A DNA stretch of 64,000 nucleotides from a bacterium (GTDB lineage Bacteria; UBP15; UBA6099), in the NCBI GenBank assembly GCA_029564595.1, contig JAKQPS010000037.1, positions 72,731 to 136,730 of the forward strand, written 5' to 3'. The position numbers and the translations under genes are program-made. Positions 58,028 to 64,000 of this stretch are shown piece after piece. Under the pieces are notes generated by a model. The model was not told the origin of the DNA, did not search any database, and saw only the letters and a program-made list of their open reading frames with translations. Numbering within the stretch: position 1 is the first letter of the stretch; each line of letters opens with the position of its first letter.

Positions 58028-59800
58028 TCAGTGGTTGAACTTGCGGACGCCGGTGAAGACGAGGGCGATGCCCTGTTCGTCTGCGGCGGCGATGACGGAG
58101 TCGTCGCGCACTGAGCCGCCCGGTTCGACGATGAACTTCACGCCTGTCGTGGCCGCGTTGTCCAGCCCGTCCCTGAACGGGAAGAACGCGTCGGAGACGA
58201 GAACGATTTTTCCGCTTTCGAGTTGTTTTGCGATGTAGGCGGATTCTTTCTTGAGGTACTCGGCGCGTTTGTTTTTGGAGAGAGAGGCGACGAATTCGTC
58301 GCGGTCGACTTTGGCGCCCTGAGAGGCGGCGAACTCTCGCTGCAGGTTGCCGGTGGCGCGCAGAGCGCAAAGGAGAACGGAATCTTTGCGGTTAGGTTGT
58401 CCGCAACCCATCCCGATGACTTGGTATTTGCCCTTGGAGTATTCGCGGATGATGCTGATGGCGTTGGACTTCACGTTCTTTACGTGTCGGAGTCCGAAGT
58501 CGAGCATGTCGCCGGCTCCGGCGGGAGGTTGCTTTTTAGAAACGACGCCGACCATGAGTTTCTTGCCGCTGTTCTTGCATTTGTATTCGGAGGCTTTTTT
58601 CATGAGGTCGGCGGGTTTTTTGCAGAGGTAGTAAACGTCGTCCGACTCCTGTTCGAGCATTCCTCCTGAGACGGCGCGGAGTTTGGACTTGGGGGCGGAG
58701 GCAAATTTGATATCGCCGAATTCGAGGAGTCTGAGACCGGCTTTCTTTTTGCCGAGGGACTCGATGTAGTCGAGGGCTTTCTTCTCGATTTTCGGGGCGA
58801 TGATAATTTCGACGAATCTGTCTTCGATGAGTTTGGCGATGCCGAGGGTCATGTTGCGGGTCAGGCAGATGACGGAGCCGAAGGCGCTGACGGGGTCGCC
58901 GGCCCAAGCGCGCTCGAAAGCTTCTTCGATGGTGGCGCCGGTGGCAAGCCCGCACGGGTTGCAATGCTTGATGATGGAGACCGCCGGGACTTTCTTGAAT
59001 TCGAGCGCGGTTGTCATAGCCGCCTCGCCGTCAAGGTAGTTGTTGTAACCGAGCGCTCCGCCGAAGACCTGTTTGCAGTTCGGCAGGTTGGGCCATTCGA
59101 CGCCTTCCTCGCGGTATAGCCAGCCTTTCTGATGCCAGTTCTCCGCGTAGCGTCCGAGTTGGAACCCGTCGGTATATTTGAGCCGTTTGACCATCTTGTC
59201 TTCAAGCTTCGCGCTGAAGAACGTGTTGATGGCGGCGTCGTAGTCAGCGGTGCGCTCGAACGCTTTCGAGGCCAGCTTCGCGCGTGTGTCCAGCGTCACC
59301 CCGCCGTTGTTTGCCTTCATCTCGGCCATGATGGCGCCGTATGAAGCCGGGTCGACGACGATCGCCACGCCCTCGAAGTTCTTCGCCGCGGCGCGGACCA
59401 TGCACGGCCCGCCGATGTCAATGTTTTCGACCGCCTTGTCCACAGTACAGTCTTTTGCCGCCGTCACTTTCTCGAACGGGTACAGGTTGCACACCACCAT
59501 GTCTATCTTCGGGATGCCTAGTTCGGCGGCCTGTTTGACATGGGTCGGGTTGTCGCGCTTGTAAAGCAGGGCGCTCTCATAGTTGAAGCTGATGGTCTTC
59601 ATCCTGCCGTCGAAATAGTCGTCTTTCTTGTTGCCCGTAATTTTGCTGATAGGAACCACTTTCACGCCCGCGTCCTTGAGCGCCTTGGCGGTTCCGCCGG
59701 TGGAGATAATCTTCACTCCGTTGGCGGAAAGGAACTTGGCGAACTCGACCACGCCTGTCTTGTCGCTTACGCTCATCACGGCGGTTTTGATTTTTAACAT
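58028..59800 (-). CDS. purH: Bifunctional AICAR transformylase/IMP cyclohydrolase
   Basis: SVSDKTG, STGGT, NLYPF, IDIGGP, KHCNPCG, VKSNAI, SDAFFPFRD, PGGS. Confidence 0.95.
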   Translation of the reverse strand: MLKIKTAVMSVSDKTGVVEFAKFLSANGVKIISTGGTAKALKDAGVKVVPISKITGNKKDDYFDGRMKTISFNYESALLYKRDNPTHVKQAAELGIPKIDMVVCNLYPFEKVTAAKDCTVDKAVENIDIGGPCMVRAAAKNFEGVAIVVDPASYGAIMAEMKANNGGVTLDTRAKLASKAFERTADYDAAINTFFSAKLEDKMVKRLKYTDGFQLGRYAENWHQKGWLYREEGVEWPNLPNCKQVFGGALGYNNYLDGEAAMTTALEFKKVPAVSIIKHCNPCGLATGATIEEAFERAWAGDPVSAFGSVICLTRNMTLGIAKLIEDRFVEIIIAPKIEKKALDYIESLGKKKAGLRLLEFGDIKFASAPKSKLRAVSGGMLEQESDDVYYLCKKPADLMKKASEYKCKNSGKKLMVGVVSKKQPPAGAGDMLDFGLRHVKNVKSNAISIIREYSKGKYQVIGMGCGQPNRKDSVLLCALRATGNLQREFAASQGAKVDRDEFVASLSKNKRAEYLKKESAYIAKQLESGKIVLVSDAFFPFRDGLDNAATTGVKFIVEPGGSVRDDSVIAAADEQGIALVFTGVRKFNH

Positions 59801-60023
59801 AGAATCCCCCTTGTGGAAATCGCCGGGAGAAAGCCCGGCGGAATATTTTGCAGATTTCGCGCTCGACGCGCGGCCCGGCGGACGGAGCCGCCGCAATGAG
59901 AGCAATTATAACCGGGGACGGCTGGCGCGGGCAACGCGGTTTGGGAAATAGTTCACAATGTCCCCCGCGCCGCCCCTGCGCGGGGTTTCTAGTGTTTTAT
60001 CCATGAAACGATTAGCGAGCGCG

Positions 60024-62297
60024 TCAGTCAGCGCGTTGCCCGGCAAAGCGCCGGACGGCGGCAATCAGGGAGCCGAGGGTGATAAGTATAAGCCCGGCCC
60101 AGTACAGCCATATAAACGGCTTGAAACTGGCTTGAAATATCGCACGGTATCCGGTTTGAGAGGCGGCTTCTGGTTCGGCTCCGGCGTCGCTCTCCGCTTC
60201 CGAAACAGCGGCGGCGGCCGCGTCGCTTTCGGGTACGGGCGCGTTATCGGCGGGCTGCCACTCGATAGCCACTCCCCCGGTGTCGGGCATCAGGCTCGCC
60301 GCGCGAAGCCGCAGGCCGTTGCCTTTGACTACCACGGTGTCGGACTCAATGCCCTGAGCCCCCATTCTTGCGGAGGCGATCAGATTTTCTGTCGCGCCGT
60401 TCAGCGCGGCGGATAGTTTCACGCCGACTACGCCTTCCTGCATCCGGGACGCGTCGAAACCGTCGAACGTTAACTCTACGCCCTCGACGAGCGCCGATTT
60501 GCCTTTCAGGAGGGTTATAACTTTTCCGGCGGGGCCGGACGCCGGAGCGTTCCCGTCGGGCGGCGCAAGCTGCACGGGAGTAAGATAGAGGTCCCCCGCG
60601 AACATCCTAATAACGTATGGTTTGTTTACGGCCTTGTTATGCCATTCGTCGCTGACGTATGAAATCTCGGCGGACGCAGAGGCCCTGCCTCCTATTTCAA
60701 TCACAACGCTGTCGCCGTACTCGAAGGGCCGTATGTCTTTGACAACAAATGTGAATCCTGCAAGCTCTTCGCTCTGGCCTTCGAGCAGACCGAACCTGTC
60801 GGTACGCTTGGCGGCGGACGACGTTATGACGCCCACGAGAACCAGCGCGGCCCCGATGTGCGCGAGGTAGGATGCCCAGTTCATCTTTCGCGACGCGGAG
60901 AAAGAGACGACCGCCCACAGGTTCGAGACGGCTGCGGCGCAGGAAAAGAACACGAGGGCGACGGAGGTCGCGTTTTTGACGCCGATGGCGACCGCGATTA
61001 TCGCGCCCGCGACGCCGACGACCGCCCCGGCGGCGAACGGAGCCACTTTCAGCTTGGCCCCCGCGCGCCGCATGAAAAACGCCGGGCAGGCCGCAAGCAG
61101 TATCGCCAGCGGCAACGCCGCCACCATCGATGTCGCGTTGTAATACCTCTCGTCAAATGTAGACGTTCCTTCCATGAACCACTTGGAGAAAATAGGCCAG
61201 TTCGTGCCCATGAACACGAACGCGAAGAACATCCACATGGAAATGACGGAGCCGTAAAGGAGAACGTCCCGCGCGTCGGATTTCGCGGCGGGTTCAGGGG
61301 GCAGGTCTTTCGACATCTTGACGCCCTGCCAGACGACGGCGGCGATCGCGACCGCCGCCGTGACTATCAGCGCCAGAAGTATCGGCAGGTATATGGAGCC
61401 GCCCTGAAAAGAGTGAACGGAAACGTCGCTCAACACGCCGCTCCTTGTAAGGAATGTGGCATAGAGGACGGTGAAGTACGCGATTGAAACCATGACCGCA
61501 TTCCAGAAAACGAAGCGGCGGTTGCGGTTCTGAAGAAGCATGCCATGGAGCAAAGCGCCGAGGGCGATCCAAGCGAAAAGGGAGGCGTTTTCGACGGGGT
61601 CCCAGCCCCAGTAGCCGCCCCAGCCGAGCACCTCGTATGCCCAGTAGCTGCCCATGAAAATGCCGATGCCGAGGACGCACCAAGAGAGGACGGCCCACGG
61701 GCGCGCCGCCTTCGTCCATGCCGTGGTTTCGCCCTTCGCCAGCCCGGCCAAGAAAATCGCGAACGGGGCCGCCGCCAGCGCGTATCCCAAGAACATCACC
61801 GGAGGGTGCAGCGCCATCCACGGGTTCTTAAGCAGCGCGTTCATCCCCGCGCCGTCCGGCGCTTCCCATCCAAGCGGCGCGAACGGGCTGCCGTGTATCA
61901 GCAGCGCGCATAGCGCAAGCTCAAGTCCCGCGAAAAAGACCATAGTCCATTTTTCATAGCTCTTCATCGCGAAAGCCACGACTAGCGCGGTGATTGCCAG
62001 AAAGCAAACCCAGAGCAGGAACGTGCCTTCCTGTCCCGCCCAGATTCCGGAAATCTTGTAAATCAACTCCTGAGATATCTCGCTATGCTCGAACACGTAT
62101 TTGAAAGCGAACCTGTCGTGGACGAAAAGCGAGCCGAGGTAGAAGACGCCCAGAGAGGAGAGGGCGGCCTTGGCCCACAGCGCGGCGCGGCCAGCCTTGT
62201 TCCAGCCCTCCGCTCCGTCTATCGAAAGCAGGTAGTAAACGAACGTCAGAATGTTAAGACACAGCAACGCGTATATTATTATTTGTCCGAAACCCAT
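60024..62297 (-). CDS. ccmF: Cytochrome c biogenesis heme lyase CcmF
   Basis: WAGQEG, HPP, WAYEVLGWGGYWGWDPVEN, TRSG...SVHSF. Confidence 0.93.
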   Translation of the reverse strand: MGFGQIIIYALLCLNILTFVYYLLSIDGAEGWNKAGRAALWAKAALSSLGVFYLGSLFVHDRFAFKYVFEHSEISQELIYKISGIWAGQEGTFLLWVCFLAITALVVAFAMKSYEKWTMVFFAGLELALCALLIHGSPFAPLGWEAPDGAGMNALLKNPWMALHPPVMFLGYALAAAPFAIFLAGLAKGETTAWTKAARPWAVLSWCVLGIGIFMGSYWAYEVLGWGGYWGWDPVENASLFAWIALGALLHGMLLQNRNRRFVFWNAVMVSIAYFTVLYATFLTRSGVLSDVSVHSFQGGSIYLPILLALIVTAAVAIAAVVWQGVKMSKDLPPEPAAKSDARDVLLYGSVISMWMFFAFVFMGTNWPIFSKWFMEGTSTFDERYYNATSMVAALPLAILLAACPAFFMRRAGAKLKVAPFAAGAVVGVAGAIIAVAIGVKNATSVALVFFSCAAAVSNLWAVVSFSASRKMNWASYLAHIGAALVLVGVITSSAAKRTDRFGLLEGQSEELAGFTFVVKDIRPFEYGDSVVIEIGGRASASAEISYVSDEWHNKAVNKPYVIRMFAGDLYLTPVQLAPPDGNAPASGPAGKVITLLKGKSALVEGVELTFDGFDASRMQEGVVGVKLSAALNGATENLIASARMGAQGIESDTVVVKGNGLRLRAASLMPDTGGVAIEWQPADNAPVPESDAAAAAVSEAESDAGAEPEAASQTGYRAIFQASFKPFIWLYWAGLILITLGSLIAAVRRFAGQRAD

Positions 62298-62699
62298 TTA
62301 CTCACCCGGTTCCTTTTGGAAAGCTTCGTCGGCTTTAGCCTCGTATTTTGAAGGGCACTTGGTAAGAATGTCCGAGGCGACGAAAATGCCGTCCTCGTAC
62401 GCGCCCTTGGCGACGACCTGAGTGGCCTGCTCGAAATTCGAAGGCAGGCCCTTCATCGTCCTGACTCGCATAACTTTTCCGTCCGGGTCGGAGATGGAGA
62501 ACTCATAAGCTCCGGATTCCGGGATGAGCGCGGCTCCGGCGCTCTTCACCAGCTCGCCCATCACCTGAACCTGCCTGCCCTGAGCCTTCGCCGCTTCGTC
62601 GAACGTCACGTACGGCGTCGCGAAGTTCTTCGAGAAGTAAAACATCGCGCCGAGGCACGCGGCTATTATCACCGCTCCGATTATGTGTTTAGGTTTCAT
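62298..62699 (-). CDS. ccmE: Heme chaperone CcmE (CxxxY type)
   Basis: N-terminal TM, OB fold, ILTKCPSKY. Confidence 0.92.
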   Translation of the reverse strand: MKPKHIIGAVIIAACLGAMFYFSKNFATPYVTFDEAAKAQGRQVQVMGELVKSAGAALIPESGAYEFSISDPDGKVMRVRTMKGLPSNFEQATQVVAKGAYEDGIFVASDILTKCPSKYEAKADEAFQKEPGE

Positions 62700-62803
62700 T
62701 TCTTCTCCGCCTTTTTAAGTTTTAAGTCAAGGTAAACGATGTAGACGAAAATCCCCGCGAGGGTCGTCATCGAGCACACAAGAACAGTCTGCCATTCAGA
62801 CAT
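62696..62803 (-). CDS. ccmD: CcmD-like small membrane protein (absent from ORF track)
   Basis: MSEWQTVLVCSMTTLAGIFVYIVYLDLKLKKAEKK, overlapping the ccmC stop and ccmE start. Confidence 0.75.
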   Translation of the reverse strand: MSEWQTVLVCSMTTLAGIFVYIVYLDLKLKKAEKK

Positions 62804-63458
62804 CCCAGCCCTCCTTCCTGCGCGCTATCCGTTCGACGCGCACAGAGAGATTGTAAAGTTTCAGATAGAGAAAAGTGTATCCCGCCGCCGCGCACCAGAA
62901 CACGAGCCGCATCTTGTCGTCCAGCAACTTGCCCTGACCGTCCGCGTTGATGATGGTGTCGGGGTGAAGGCTCATGTAAACGCGCGGGATGACGAACACA
63001 AGAAATGGCATAACGGCGAAAGCGAGTATTGCGTAGACGGCGGCCAGCCGGATGCGCCTGTCGAAGTCAGGCGTCGCCGAGCGCAGCCCGAAGTAAGCCA
63101 TGTAGACGAGGAGCAGCACGGTGATGGAGACTTGGCGCGGGTCCCAGTTCCAGTACATGTTCCACGCCGATTTTGCGAAGAACGCTCCGGAGATGGTCGC
63201 CAGAACGCAGAACCAAAGCCCCATGCGCGCGGACACTTCCGCCTTCATGTCGGCTTCATAGCTGTGCCGCCTTAGCACGACCACGCTGTTCCAAAGCGAC
63301 ATCGTGAAGGCCAGCACGGCGACCCATGCGACCGGCACGTGGAAATATATGATGCGGGCCGTCTCGCCGAGCACATGCGCGGGCGGGGTCACAACGAGCG
63401 CGCCGTACAGCGTCCACGCCATGAATCCGAACAGAGCCGCCAGAAACAACATTCCCAT
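62796..63458 (-). CDS. ccmC: Heme exporter CcmC
   Basis: IYFHVP, WNMYWNWDPR (WWD), SLHP. Confidence 0.92.
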   Translation of the reverse strand: MGMLFLAALFGFMAWTLYGALVVTPPAHVLGETARIIYFHVPVAWVAVLAFTMSLWNSVVVLRRHSYEADMKAEVSARMGLWFCVLATISGAFFAKSAWNMYWNWDPRQVSITVLLLVYMAYFGLRSATPDFDRRIRLAAVYAILAFAVMPFLVFVIPRVYMSLHPDTIINADGQGKLLDDKMRLVFWCAAAGYTFLYLKLYNLSVRVERIARRKEGWDV

Positions 63459-63460
63459 GC

Positions 63461-64000
63461 CTACTGCTCCGAAAACACGTATTCGAAAAGAAAACCGCCG
63501 CCGACCGTCGCCGCCACCGCGTACGCGGCGAGGAAGACCAGTTCCCCGCCGCCAGTCCACGGGGCCGCCTCCGCCAGCGACATGCCGGTCGCCCGCACAG
63601 CCGTTAAAAACACCGGCATCAGCGCCGGAAACGCGAGCACGGGGAACAACATGCCGCGCGCCCGCGCCTGCGCCACTATGGCCGACAGCAGCGCGCTCAC
63701 CGCCGAAAGCCCGACGGTCGCCAGCGTCGTAGTCAGCGCGAAATACCCGACATGGCGCATATTAACATTGAGCAATATTATAAACAACGGGGCCACTATC
63801 ACAATCACGGACGACATCAGCAGAAAATTCATCGCGGTTTTTCCGTAAAAAACGTGATCCGCCCGGCAACACAGCCTAAGCGTGTTCATCGTCCCTTTGT
63901 CTTCTTCCTTAATAAACGCGCGGGACAGGCCGGTCATTGCCGAAAAGAAAAGGATGACCCATAGCATGGCAGACTGCAGCATCGGGTCGGTCACGGCGCC
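63461..64000 (-). CDS. ccmB: Heme exporter CcmB (partial; runs off window end)
   Basis: LWVILFFS...F.KEEDKGT, LFPVLAFP. Confidence 0.88.
   Translation of the reverse strand, partial: GAVTDPMLQSAMLWVILFFSAMTGLSRAFIKEEDKGTMNTLRLCCRADHVFYGKTAMNFLLMSSVIVIVAPLFIILLNVNMRHVGYFALTTTLATVGLSAVSALLSAIVAQARARGMLFPVLAFPALMPVFLTAVRATGMSLAEAAPWTGGGELVFLAAYAVAATVGGGFLFEYVFSEQ

Noticed and set aside
59801-59960. ZTP (pfl) riboswitch upstream of purH
   Set aside because: The leader has GC hairpins but lacks the GACUGGCG and CGCCUGGG pseudoknot motifs; an Infernal search would settle it

Overview
GC-rich bacterial chromosomal window, most likely from an anaerobic diderm of a poorly characterised lineage (tungsten-type AOR, ccm System I, a beta-barrel protein, an O-antigen-ligase-like protein, but also rbgA and YtxH). 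It is mostly housekeeping genes: topA, dprA, thyA, pheA, maf, trpF, ndk, dacB, murI, hisG, ispD, mtnA, acyP, purN, rbgA, tRNA-Cys, purH and ccmBCDEF. I see no integrase, transposase, prophage or CRISPR array. The most notable signals are: (1) several families of structured palindromic intergenic repeats, including three ~270-bp copies with compensatory hairpin changes, all at convergent gene junctions, one carrying a nested 100-bp GTAG-REP insert; (2) two AT-rich accessory islets that each sit next to a second repeat family: a DUF6530-like gene flanked by direct repeats, and an EEP nuclease plus a partner ending in an SSB-tail-like DDPF; (3) a degenerate DNA methyltransferase-thermonuclease fusion; (4) an operon of two receptor-like PP2C-fold pseudo-phosphatases, a lytic transglycosylase and an HD-GYP protein. 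All assignments come from motif recognition by eye; no searches were run.
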